A stretch of DNA of 64,000 nt from a virus. Lineage: Duplodnaviria > Caudoviricetes. Positions 37,817 to 46,321 of the stretch are shown here, piece by piece. The position numbers and the translations under genes are program-made. Position 1 is the first letter of the stretch. Every line of letters starts with the position of its first letter. Where the stretch lies: the IMG/VR virus record IMGVR_UViG_3300027971_000001. One strand, given 5' to 3'. The notes under the pieces were generated by a model. It did no database searches. It was not told the DNA's origin and saw only the letters and a program-made list of their open reading frames with translations.

Positions 37817-38790
37817 GGTATTTCTCCTTTTTGTTTATTTAGCGGTAAAATATAACTTTCAACTGTCTGTTTCAAATATTGTAAAAATCTTTGCTCATCA
37901 TATTTTGGTAAATTAACAATACTACGTGTTTTTGCACTATTCAGTTTATAACAAATATCATGACCAAGCCGATCCTCCACAAAACTGATAAGACTTTCTG
38001 GTTTGTTTAATATTTTTAAAATATGTTTAGCCAAAGAAATGTTATCTAATCTATAGGCAGAACCAATATTATATATTTCTCCAATTTTACCCTTTTCACT
38101 GAGATCAATAATGGCATTGGCATGATCATCCACATATATCCATTCCCTCACATTCATTCCATTACCATAAACCGGTATGTTTCTGTCATTCAAAGCACTG
38201 TTTAAAACAACCGGTATGAATTTTTCAGAATGTTGTCCAGGCCCATAGTTGTTGCAACACCGAGTAACTATCACTGGAAATTTGTTGGTGTGATAAGAAG
38301 CCAGAACAATAAGATCTGAACTTGCCTTCGTCGAGCTGTATATGCTACTAGGTTTGAGATGGTCTGTTTCCTTGCTTGGATCTGAATCAATATTCAACGA
38401 TCCGTACACCTCATCAGTGCTGACATGCATAAACTTTTTATATTTGTTTTGAAGACCAAAAAGAATATTGAATGTACCTGTTACATTTGAATCTACAAAA
38501 CCATTAGGAGAAGTGATGCTTCGATCCACATGACTTTCAGCTGCAAGATGAAACACACAATCTATCGGTTCAGAAACAGTAGCACAAAACACACCTAGCC
38601 ATTTTCTATCGGATAGATCCAGTTCAATAAATTCAACATCATAGGATCTAAGACTTTTTTTGTCAGACCCTATTCCAAGCTTGTCCAAAACAATAATATG
38701 AGAATCTGGATACCTGTTGCGCAGATTCTTGACCAGATGTCGGCCAATGAATCCTGCTCCTCCTGTTACAATAAATGTCATTTTAGCCAT
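37789..38790 (-). CDS. rfbB: dTDP-glucose 4,6-dehydratase
   Basis: VTGGAGFIG, HLAAESHVDRSI, STDEVYG, YSSTK, NNYGP, REWIYVDDHA. Confidence 0.93.
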   Translation of the reverse strand: MAKMTFIVTGGAGFIGRHLVKNLRNRYPDSHIIVLDKLGIGSDKKSLRSYDVEFIELDLSDRKWLGVFCATVSEPIDCVFHLAAESHVDRSITSPNGFVDSNVTGTFNILFGLQNKYKKFMHVSTDEVYGSLNIDSDPSKETDHLKPSSIYSSTKASSDLIVLASYHTNKFPVIVTRCCNNYGPGQHSEKFIPVVLNSALNDRNIPVYGNGMNVREWIYVDDHANAIIDLSEKGKIGEIYNIGSAYRLDNISLAKHILKILNKPESLISFVEDRLGHDICYKLNSAKTRSIVNLPKYDEQRFLQYLKQTVESYILPLNKQKGEIPWECSTPSK

Positions 38791-39389
38791 ATGCTTGTTG
38801 GATCAAAAGTTTGTGTATCTAGGAAATCCCATACTTTCCATTTATTCGTTCCTTTCATACTTTCAATAACATTATTAATTAATGCACAAATATCTTCCAA
38901 ATGCCATACATCATCCATCAGTTTTTTTCCATGATATCGGCTACGATGAGCTACATGATCTGCATAACTGTATGCAAAACCACAGAAAGGAGGAATTACA
39001 CAACCCAAACCGCAAAGAACACCTTGAATTCTGCTTGCAACTTCTTGACCTCCCACAGAGTGCATTGTCACAATTGCTCCTGCAGGTTTTCCTAAAAGAT
39101 GTTTCTTTCCTTCCAATTCAGTCATTTTTTCAAAAAGACTTTGCATGGGACTTCCCCAGCTTTGCCAGTATGTTCCTGTACAAAAAACAAACGCATCACT
39201 GGTTTTTATGTATTTTCTCACAAGGAGCCAATTAAAACTGGGTGTGAGATGAATAACCCGTACTTTTATTTCTGGATCGATTTTATTAATGGTTTTACGT
39301 AATTTCTTAATAAGATTATGTGTATTTCCAGTCCGACCTCCAAGAGATCCATTAATGATTGAAATGGTATATTTCTTTCCTTCGGTCAT
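38778..39389 (-). CDS. NAD(P)H-dependent FMN reductase / flavodoxin-fold protein
   Basis: INGSLGGRTGNT, DAFVFCTGTYW, GKPAGAIVT. Confidence 0.8.
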   Translation of the reverse strand: MTEGKKYTISIINGSLGGRTGNTHNLIKKLRKTINKIDPEIKVRVIHLTPSFNWLLVRKYIKTSDAFVFCTGTYWQSWGSPMQSLFEKMTELEGKKHLLGKPAGAIVTMHSVGGQEVASRIQGVLCGLGCVIPPFCGFAYSYADHVAHRSRYHGKKLMDDVWHLEDICALINNVIESMKGTNKWKVWDFLDTQTFDPTSIWLK

Positions 39390-39525
39390 GCTTCTTTTAT
39401 AGCAATATGGTTTACATAAGCAACATTTTTATAAATAATAAAATGGTACAAGCATGGTTATGGGGTTTATTGCTAAAAATTGAAGAAACTGCTGAAAAAT
39501 TTGTATCAATTGTTATAAAAATAAA

Positions 39526-39750
39526 ATGATTAAAAATAAAGCAGATTTCATTATGGGTATTGGTTATGTCTATCACGATGACAAAGGCAGGCGGTATGTT
39601 TTTGACACAAAACATGAAATGAATAAATTTATACAAGAATTAAGGAATAAGAAAGAAAAGCCCAAGCCCAAAGATGATTATGATAAAATACGAATTGCCA
39701 ACTTTAAACCTCAAATAGAATTGTTGCACCGCAGGGGTATTGGAATTTAA
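39526..39750 (+). CDS. Hypothetical protein
   Basis: ORF track. Confidence 0.5.
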   Translation: MIKNKADFIMGIGYVYHDDKGRRYVFDTKHEMNKFIQELRNKKEKPKPKDDYDKIRIANFKPQIELLHRRGIGI

Positions 39751-39784
39751 TTGACACAACATTCATTGTCTGTATAACAAAAGA

Positions 39785-40684
39785 ATGCGTCGAGGCATTT
39801 GTTGTATTGTTCTTAGCTTGCAGGATATGGTTGAACCTAAAAAGTTCAAAACCATGACTTATAAAAAGTTCAGCAGCATGAACCGCAAAGATGGTTTGCA
39901 AGATCTGGGTAATCGCATTCTTAACAATATGATGGTGACAGGTGAAGCCATCAAATTCTGTTATCAAAACAATTACACTTATCGTCTGAGCAGTGATTTG
40001 TTTCCGCTTATCACATATGACAAAGCCAAAATACGATTGGAAGATTTGCCTAATTATATGGAAATATCTGATACCATTCTGCTTATTCGGGATTATCTAA
40101 AAGAGCATCCTGTTCGCTTATCATCCCATCCCAGTGAATTTAATGTGTTGGCCACCGAGAACAAAGATGCATTGAATCGCACCATTAATGAACTGAACTT
40201 CACTGGTTGGTTTCTTACCCAATTGGGTTGTCCTTTGGATTACAACAGCCCCATCAACATTCACATCAACAACAGTAGGGGCAACTTTGATGATATTGCT
40301 AAACGGTTTGTGGATAATCTAGGATCATTAACAGAGGATGCTCGTAAACGATTGGTTGTGGAAAATGATGATAAAGGCAAATGCTGGAGTGTACGCAAAC
40401 TTACCCGTCATCTTTATCCTGTGTTTCAAATGCCTTTGACGTTTGATTATCTGCATCACAAATGCCATCCGGATGACATGATTGAAAAAGATGCATTTGG
40501 TTTGTGCAAGGACACTTGGCGGGGATATCGTCCTTTATTTCATTATAGCGAAAGCAGGGAAGGCAAAAATCCTCGGGCTCATGCTGATTATGTGAAACAA
40601 CTTCCTGATACCTACGGACTGGATGATATTGATATTGATTTTGAATTTAAAATGAAAGACAAAGCTTTTATTAATATAAATTAA
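39785..40684 (+). CDS. uvsE: UV-damage endonuclease (UvsE/UVDE)
   Basis: YRLSSDLFP, RLSSHPSEF, LVVENDD, FDYLHH, LFHYSE, RAHADY. Confidence 0.92.
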   Translation: MRRGICCIVLSLQDMVEPKKFKTMTYKKFSSMNRKDGLQDLGNRILNNMMVTGEAIKFCYQNNYTYRLSSDLFPLITYDKAKIRLEDLPNYMEISDTILLIRDYLKEHPVRLSSHPSEFNVLATENKDALNRTINELNFTGWFLTQLGCPLDYNSPINIHINNSRGNFDDIAKRFVDNLGSLTEDARKRLVVENDDKGKCWSVRKLTRHLYPVFQMPLTFDYLHHKCHPDDMIEKDAFGLCKDTWRGYRPLFHYSESREGKNPRAHADYVKQLPDTYGLDDIDIDFEFKMKDKAFININ

Positions 40685-40709
40685 ATCGCTTCAATAATAT
40701 TCATTGATG

Positions 40710-41600
40710 CTAAAAAATGCCTATTGTCATCGCTGTCCATAAATCTAATTTAGTTGCGCTATCCAATCTTTGAACACACATAGTTAAAGTTTTTCCATTT
40801 GCAGACAATGGTATGTTGCTTAATGTACTCTCAGCTTCTGAGTTCTTACCAATCACAATGCCACTATGTCTTTTTGTTCCACCTGTAAAACCGTTGGGAG
40901 TATTGCTTCCAAATGCATCAGTATAGAATCGGTATTCAGCATCTGTATTTACAGAAGAAAAAGCTGGTACTGTGCCCGTTATTGTTGCATCCTCATACCA
41001 CACATACCCTATAGTGCTTGAATTGGCATTATTGTTGCCTAATTCATATTCTAATATTTTTACAATTTTAGATGCAGTGTTTTTAGCTCTTATTGTAATC
41101 ATAGGAATTAAATCATCAGACATGGTCCAACCACGATGAGTAAAAATACCGAAATTATGAAATGTATAAATTTCTGGTACTTGTTCTAATATAGTGGCAG
41201 TTACATTTCCAGACACCGGAGACACACCATATGTTTTTACTGCAACAGCACCTACTCTCGTTATTCCTATCGTGTCGATTTGTGTTACCTGTGCATAAAC
41301 ATCATTTCCTGTGCTATGATCAATGATGCCTACATCCCCGATGTTTACATTGCTTGCACTAAGTGTTATGTTGAAATCCTCTGGATTAGCAATATAACTT
41401 AAAACTGCATATTTTGGAAATACATCAACTGAAGAAATTGGAGGATACGAACAACCTGGAGGAAAAAGGGTACTATCAAGATATCTTAACTTTGTTACAG
41501 AAATTGCAGGATACCGAGTGTCACCCGGACTGTATTGTACAAATTTACCATACTCAGCCGTCTGATAATTAGACACTACATTGGTGGTGTAACTCACCAA
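40710..41600 (-). CDS. Putative virion structural protein
   Basis: TAAATA upstream; C-terminal PMITIRAK...LTMCV segment resembling the fibre paralog C-termini. Confidence 0.55.
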   Translation of the reverse strand: MVSYTTNVVSNYQTAEYGKFVQYSPGDTRYPAISVTKLRYLDSTLFPPGCSYPPISSVDVFPKYAVLSYIANPEDFNITLSASNVNIGDVGIIDHSTGNDVYAQVTQIDTIGITRVGAVAVKTYGVSPVSGNVTATILEQVPEIYTFHNFGIFTHRGWTMSDDLIPMITIRAKNTASKIVKILEYELGNNNANSSTIGYVWYEDATITGTVPAFSSVNTDAEYRFYTDAFGSNTPNGFTGGTKRHSGIVIGKNSEAESTLSNIPLSANGKTLTMCVQRLDSATKLDLWTAMTIGIF

Positions 41601-41625
41601 AATATTTAATAAATTAAATTATTAA

Positions 41626-42057
41626 TTACTGAATTTCGCCAGGATTATAACCCAGCTCTTTGGACACATCAATCTCATCTTCACCAGTATCTTCATCGCT
41701 GTCTAGAGTTTCTACTTCCTTGGGTTCTTCAGTTTCAGGAGCGGCTTCGCCTTTTTTGGTTAATATGCCAAAAGCTACAAGATCATCCAATATGGCTTTT
41801 TCTTGCTTTCCGGCAGGAACATCTGGAAGTTGTTTGGTTTGAGAATCTTCCCTATAATTCTGAAGGGAGCGAACAATATCACCCAAAGATTCTGATCCAG
41901 GAATTTCATCCGGAAGATATTTTGCAAAACTGCGATAAAACTTTTGAAGACCAACTGGGATTTTAGCAAAATTAACGTTTAGATTCTTTTCAAAATCCGA
42001 TACGGCCAGCTTTTTGCTGATATAAGCTTCAAAAATAAGTTTGCTGTCATTGTTCAT
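41626..42057 (-). CDS. Hypothetical protein, possible internal head protein
   Basis: MNNDSKLIFEAY N-terminus; acidic tail. Confidence 0.65.
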   Translation of the reverse strand: MNNDSKLIFEAYISKKLAVSDFEKNLNVNFAKIPVGLQKFYRSFAKYLPDEIPGSESLGDIVRSLQNYREDSQTKQLPDVPAGKQEKAILDDLVAFGILTKKGEAAPETEEPKEVETLDSDEDTGEDEIDVSKELGYNPGEIQ

Positions 42058-42071
42058 TTCTTATAATATAT

Positions 42072-43211
42072 TTAGTCTTGTTCCGCATCAGAAGCTGTTT
42101 TTTTGGATTTAAGAATTAATCCCTGAACAATACGTTCTCCTTCTTTATCTCCTTTGAATACCTTTTTGATATCTTCAATAGGAAGGGCAAGAACGCTTTG
42201 ATACACAAAAGGAATATACTTTTGATCTTCAGTGCCTACCAATTCAAATATTTTGTTCCAAAGTTCAGGTCCAGCAATCGTATCTGTAACTTCCTGTTCA
42301 ATCACATCCTTCTTGAGTTTACGTTCCACTGCAGCTTCTGGAACACTCTTGTCCGGATCAATTGCCAAATATTCATAAATTCCTTTAACAATCTCATGAA
42401 CCAAATAAGGAAATGTTTTGGCTAATGCTTTGATTGTATAAATGTCACCTTCTGGAACAACTTCTTCACTTCCTTGGGCAGCAGCTTCAATCATGGGCAA
42501 GCTGAAATTTTCAATTGGAGGTGCAACAAAATAAAACAATTGAGCAACAGTTGTTATTAATCCATAATTGTAAATTAAACTTTTGTCCATTTCGTCCAGT
42601 TGATTTTTAACAAGATTAAAAAGATAAAGTTTGCTGACAGCATTTCCCTGCATGAGTGTGTTGGCCAAACGACGACGCAATTTGGTTTCAGTATCATCAA
42701 AAAGATTTTCTGCCACAATTTGATTCAGTTCTTCCAAATCAGAAAGTCCTTCCACATCTGGAAGCAGTTTGTCTTGGGCTTCTTGTTCAGATTGTGTGAC
42801 TGCATTTTTGAGATCAGGTGTTCCCAGTTTGGCAACAATCTTGAGACGGTTAGAATCCACCAGCTTTTTAACAAATTCAAATTCAGGAAGATCCAGCACA
42901 ACTTGAACAGCCATCTTTTCCAACTTGGCTTTGTTTGCACTTTCCACTTCACTGATTTTATTGAATGCAGCAAAAACCTTGGATACCAATTGAGGAAAAT
43001 TTTGTTGTGTTACCGGAGCTTTGGTATAATGCTGTATTCTCTCTAGCAATTTCTGATAAGCATCTGAAACAATCAATTCATAATAATCCTGTGCTTTTTC
43101 CGGAAGCACACCCAATATTTCTTCGGTTCCAGCTTCAAGCTGTTTGCGTTTCTCTGGATCGATCAGATCAGGTTGTTCACCTGTTTCAATTGCTTCCCGG
43201 AAGTTTTTCAT
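42072..43211 (-). CDS. Hypothetical protein, 379 aa
   Basis: Long ORF; N-terminus MKNFREAIE. Confidence 0.8.
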   Translation of the reverse strand: MKNFREAIETGEQPDLIDPEKRKQLEAGTEEILGVLPEKAQDYYELIVSDAYQKLLERIQHYTKAPVTQQNFPQLVSKVFAAFNKISEVESANKAKLEKMAVQVVLDLPEFEFVKKLVDSNRLKIVAKLGTPDLKNAVTQSEQEAQDKLLPDVEGLSDLEELNQIVAENLFDDTETKLRRRLANTLMQGNAVSKLYLFNLVKNQLDEMDKSLIYNYGLITTVAQLFYFVAPPIENFSLPMIEAAAQGSEEVVPEGDIYTIKALAKTFPYLVHEIVKGIYEYLAIDPDKSVPEAAVERKLKKDVIEQEVTDTIAGPELWNKIFELVGTEDQKYIPFVYQSVLALPIEDIKKVFKGDKEGERIVQGLILKSKKTASDAEQD

Positions 43212-43213
43212 TA

Positions 43214-43492
43214 TCAGGATAGGTTTTTGCGATATTTGAAAAACAGATTAACGTCAGGATTGCGTTTCTTTTCTTCAGCTTCTTCCTCTTCTTCGCTTCC
43301 TTTTGGAACAAGACCTTTTGGACGAGGTTGAAAACCAGGACGCGGTTCAAGAGGGTTGCGACGAGGCGGAGATTTGGGTTCAGTGCTGGGCTTTTCAGTA
43401 TCAGGCTTCACATCCGGCTTTTCAGTAGGAGGTGCTGCCGGAGCAGGTTGCTCTGTTAAATATTTTGTAAATAAATCCTTGAAGCTTTTCAT
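43214..43492 (-). CDS. Pro-rich hypothetical protein, possible internal head protein
   Basis: MKSFKDLFTKYLTE; TAAATA 6 nt upstream. Confidence 0.65.
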   Translation of the reverse strand: MKSFKDLFTKYLTEQPAPAAPPTEKPDVKPDTEKPSTEPKSPPRRNPLEPRPGFQPRPKGLVPKGSEEEEEAEEKKRNPDVNLFFKYRKNLS

Positions 43493-43526
43493 TAATATTA
43501 TTTAATCTTTTTAAACTAAAATAAGG

Positions 43527-43946
43527 TCAATTAACCTTATCAATTACCTTATCAACAATGCTATCGGCAGGTTTACCTTCTTTACGCCAACTGTTAAGAA
43601 TTGCATAATACACCAAGTATTGAGGATCCATGATATACAGCTTGTTTCCTTTTTTATCACTAAATTCTGTGACACCATCATTTTCTTTCAATTCCACACC
43701 TTTATAACTCTTGAATTTAACGTGATATGCTTTGACAAGAGTATTGTATCGCAAAACACCAAAGGCGGTTAATATTCCTTTACCATCATCAGTAAATCCG
43801 ATAAAACCGCTGTTTTGCACATCATAACCTGTGGGTGTACTGGCATCATAACTGGCCACTTCATCCTTGATCTTGTCAGGTGTCACAGTGCTACACCCTG
43901 CAATCAAAAGACTACTCAGAGAGAAGATTGCGAATTTCTTTAACAT
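43527..43946 (-). CDS. Lipoprotein, o-spanin candidate
   Basis: SLLIAGC lipobox; overlaps the upstream ORF. Confidence 0.6.
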   Translation of the reverse strand: MLKKFAIFSLSSLLIAGCSTVTPDKIKDEVASYDASTPTGYDVQNSGFIGFTDDGKGILTAFGVLRYNTLVKAYHVKFKSYKGVELKENDGVTEFSDKKGNKLYIMDPQYLVYYAILNSWRKEGKPADSIVDKVIDKVN

Positions 43947-44112
43947 CCTTTTCCTTTATGGCTTTTTCTGTTTTGCTTGTGTAATCCACTTCTTTTTGTT
44001 TTTCGTGACGATCCTTCATTTCAGGAGTGTTCTTGGCATTAAACAAATTATTGATTGCACTGAATACTTGGGTTATGGCCGTAAGCACTGCGGTTACTAT
44101 GTTTGTGGGCAT
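43912..44112 (-). CDS. Small protein, i-spanin candidate
   Basis: Amphipathic/hydrophobic N-terminus and charged helical C-terminus. Confidence 0.4.
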   Translation of the reverse strand: MPTNIVTAVLTAITQVFSAINNLFNAKNTPEMKDRHEKQKEVDYTSKTEKAIKEKDVKEIRNLLSE

Positions 44113-44116
44113 ATTG

Positions 44117-44380
44117 TTACTTATCGCTTATTTTAGGCAAATCAACTTTAGGTTCTTCATCTCTTTTAACATCACTGATGGTTTGATCAATAAATGCCCG
44201 CCATGCTATGAATCCTTGTAAAAAAAAGTTTATAATTATTTGTGCATATATTACGGGGCTTATTTCATTAAATTGCTTAAAACCGCTCAGATCTGACATA
44301 AGGGCTGTCAGAGATGCTATGCTTATGTAAAGAAAACCCCTTAAGAATATTTTTTTAATTTTGAATCTCTTTGCCATCAA
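44117..44380 (-). CDS. Holin-like two-TM protein
   Basis: Two TM segments and a charged C-terminus. Confidence 0.45.
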   Translation of the reverse strand: MMAKRFKIKKIFLRGFLYISIASLTALMSDLSGFKQFNEISPVIYAQIIINFFLQGFIAWRAFIDQTISDVKRDEEPKVDLPKISDK

Positions 44381-45098
44381 TAGTATTTAGCAAAGAAATT
44401 ACCTCATCTTCAAGAAATGGCATGCCTATTTTTTTCCAAATTCCTTCAAAGCTTTCATAATTTTTTATATTTTTTCTTTTGAGCCAATACACTGTTAAAC
44501 GACTGGGTTTCTTTCCGGTCATTTTGGAAAATATATGAGCATATAAACTCAACTGAAGAGCATATGTGAAATATTCGTTGCAAGGCAAATGACTAATAGG
44601 ATCCATGAAATGACTGCTTTCCCACTGACTTGTTGAATATGAAAACTTTTTGTTTGTTTTATAATCAATCACTTCAAAGAAATTATTATCGATATATTCT
44701 GCAATAAGATCTGCTGTTCCTGCAATATGATGATCCATGTCATAAATCATGGTTTCACTCAATACTTTTTTATCCTGAAGCCGATGATCCAGGTTCATTT
44801 TTTTCACAAAAGGTTTCAGGCTGTCATCACATTCTTTTCCTTCCAAATGATTTTGGATGTTGTTATGAATACGGGTGCCAAAACTTGTTCCTTTGTTTTT
44901 AATTTCTTCCCATTCATTCAAAACTTCCTGTTTTACAACTCCTCGTCGCAAGGCTATGCGTTCCGCTATTTTCTCAAAATCAGTTTTTGGTTTAAATTCT
45001 CCAATAAAAGTTGTTACACTTTTAAACAATTGACCATCTGATATTCTTGTATATGAATGTTTCTCTGCATCAAAAATAATTGGACAAGAAATTGACAT
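44355..45098 (-). CDS. PD-(D/E)XK exonuclease
   Basis: GTRIH, AGTADL, VIDYKT, YALQLSLY. Confidence 0.85.
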   Translation of the reverse strand: MSISCPIIFDAEKHSYTRISDGQLFKSVTTFIGEFKPKTDFEKIAERIALRRGVVKQEVLNEWEEIKNKGTSFGTRIHNNIQNHLEGKECDDSLKPFVKKMNLDHRLQDKKVLSETMIYDMDHHIAGTADLIAEYIDNNFFEVIDYKTNKKFSYSTSQWESSHFMDPISHLPCNEYFTYALQLSLYAHIFSKMTGKKPSRLTVYWLKRKNIKNYESFEGIWKKIGMPFLEDEVISLLNTIDGKEIQN

Positions 45099-45138
45099 CC
45101 ATCGTTTATAACATAAGATAATTTAAATTCAATGGCAC

Positions 45139-45465
45139 ATGGCACATCGTATACCAAAAACATCAAAAAATTTAAAGGTTGCAAAATCGGCACCTTCAAC
45201 AGAACAAGTCTCAAAACTCGCTTACTCCTTGGTAAAGCATGTAATGACCGCATGCCTGGATTCAGAAAAGCATTATTCTGGGGAGTGGTATGCAGAGGGA
45301 TACAAATGGCACCTGACACGCTCCATCAGGCATGCAACAAACTCGTTGATGCTGGTAGAGAATTTGGACAAAGACTGCAGCAACGAAACCGCCCTTGATC
45401 ATGCCAAAGGTGCTGCCATACGAGCATTGATGGCAGTTGTTTGTTTACAAAACAAGATCAAATAA
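45139..45465 (+). CDS. Hypothetical protein
   Basis: ORF track. Confidence 0.55.
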   Translation: MAHRIPKTSKNLKVAKSAPSTEQVSKLAYSLVKHVMTACLDSEKHYSGEWYAEGYKWHLTRSIRHATNSLMLVENLDKDCSNETALDHAKGAAIRALMAVVCLQNKIK

Positions 45466-45865
45466 TTTTACGGACTTTCACGCCGTAAAAATCAAATATC
45501 TCCAAACCTTCTGGATCTGTTATATAATCCTCACCATATATCACTTCTGGAACACCCCACGCACATATCATACGGGCACAATAATTGCAGGGTAAAAGTG
45601 TGCTGGCTATTAATCGGCATTCACCCCGTTCAAAAAGACTAAGAAGATTTGTTTCGGCATGTATCATGTATTTTCTTCGTTCATCTCGATCATTCCAAAA
45701 ATTTTCATCCACATTTTTTCCGGATGCAAGACCATTATAAGCCACACCCAGAACACGATTGTCGAAAGAAAGAGCACATGCTCCTACTTTTTTGTGAGGA
45801 TCCTCACTTCTTTTGCTTGCTTCGATTGCAAGATTCAGAGCATATTTATCCCAACTTAAACGCAT
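45458..45865 (-). CDS. dCMP/cytidine deaminase family protein
   Basis: RSEDPHKKVGA, YNG, IHAETN, PCNYCARMI. Confidence 0.9.
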   Translation of the reverse strand: MRLSWDKYALNLAIEASKRSEDPHKKVGACALSFDNRVLGVAYNGLASGKNVDENFWNDRDERRKYMIHAETNLLSLFERGECRLIASTLLPCNYCARMICAWGVPEVIYGEDYITDPEGLEIFDFYGVKVRKII

Positions 45866-45929
45866 GCTGAATTATAACATATAAAATATATTTTCAACAA
45901 ACACCACCAAAAGTTATCTAAATACTATT

Positions 45930-46136
45930 ATGGAATCGGTTGCAAAAATACTGACAGAAAACAACAAGCATCTTTCTGATGCACTATATGTTGGGTATGA
46001 TGATGAGAATGATACCGTTCTATTGGTATGTGAACATGCATTTATTGAAAAATTTCAAAAGATGTTCAGCAAATATGGCAATCAGAGTGTTTATTTCGAG
46101 GAAACTGAATCAGCAGGGATAATGGTTTATATATAA
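45930..46136 (+). CDS. Hypothetical late protein
   Basis: TAAATA 5 nt upstream; MESVAKILTE. Confidence 0.55.
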   Translation: MESVAKILTENNKHLSDALYVGYDDENDTVLLVCEHAFIEKFQKMFSKYGNQSVYFEETESAGIMVYI

Positions 46137-46321
46137 ATTATTCCAAGTCTTCCAAAAATTTTTCCCCTATACCAAAAGTTTTTTCTAGAATTTGTTTTTC
46201 TTCCTTGTTTAAAAACAATCTGCCCACATTGTTTCCTTCAATATACAAATCTGCATGTACTATCCCGTTGGATAGTTTGGAAATAATGTCTAATTTTACC
46301 GATTGGTTCAATTTAAAAACT

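Noticed and set aside
44355-45098. Cas4 / CRISPR system
   Set aside because: It lacks the four-Cys Fe-S pattern, and no repeat-spacer array or other cas gene is present
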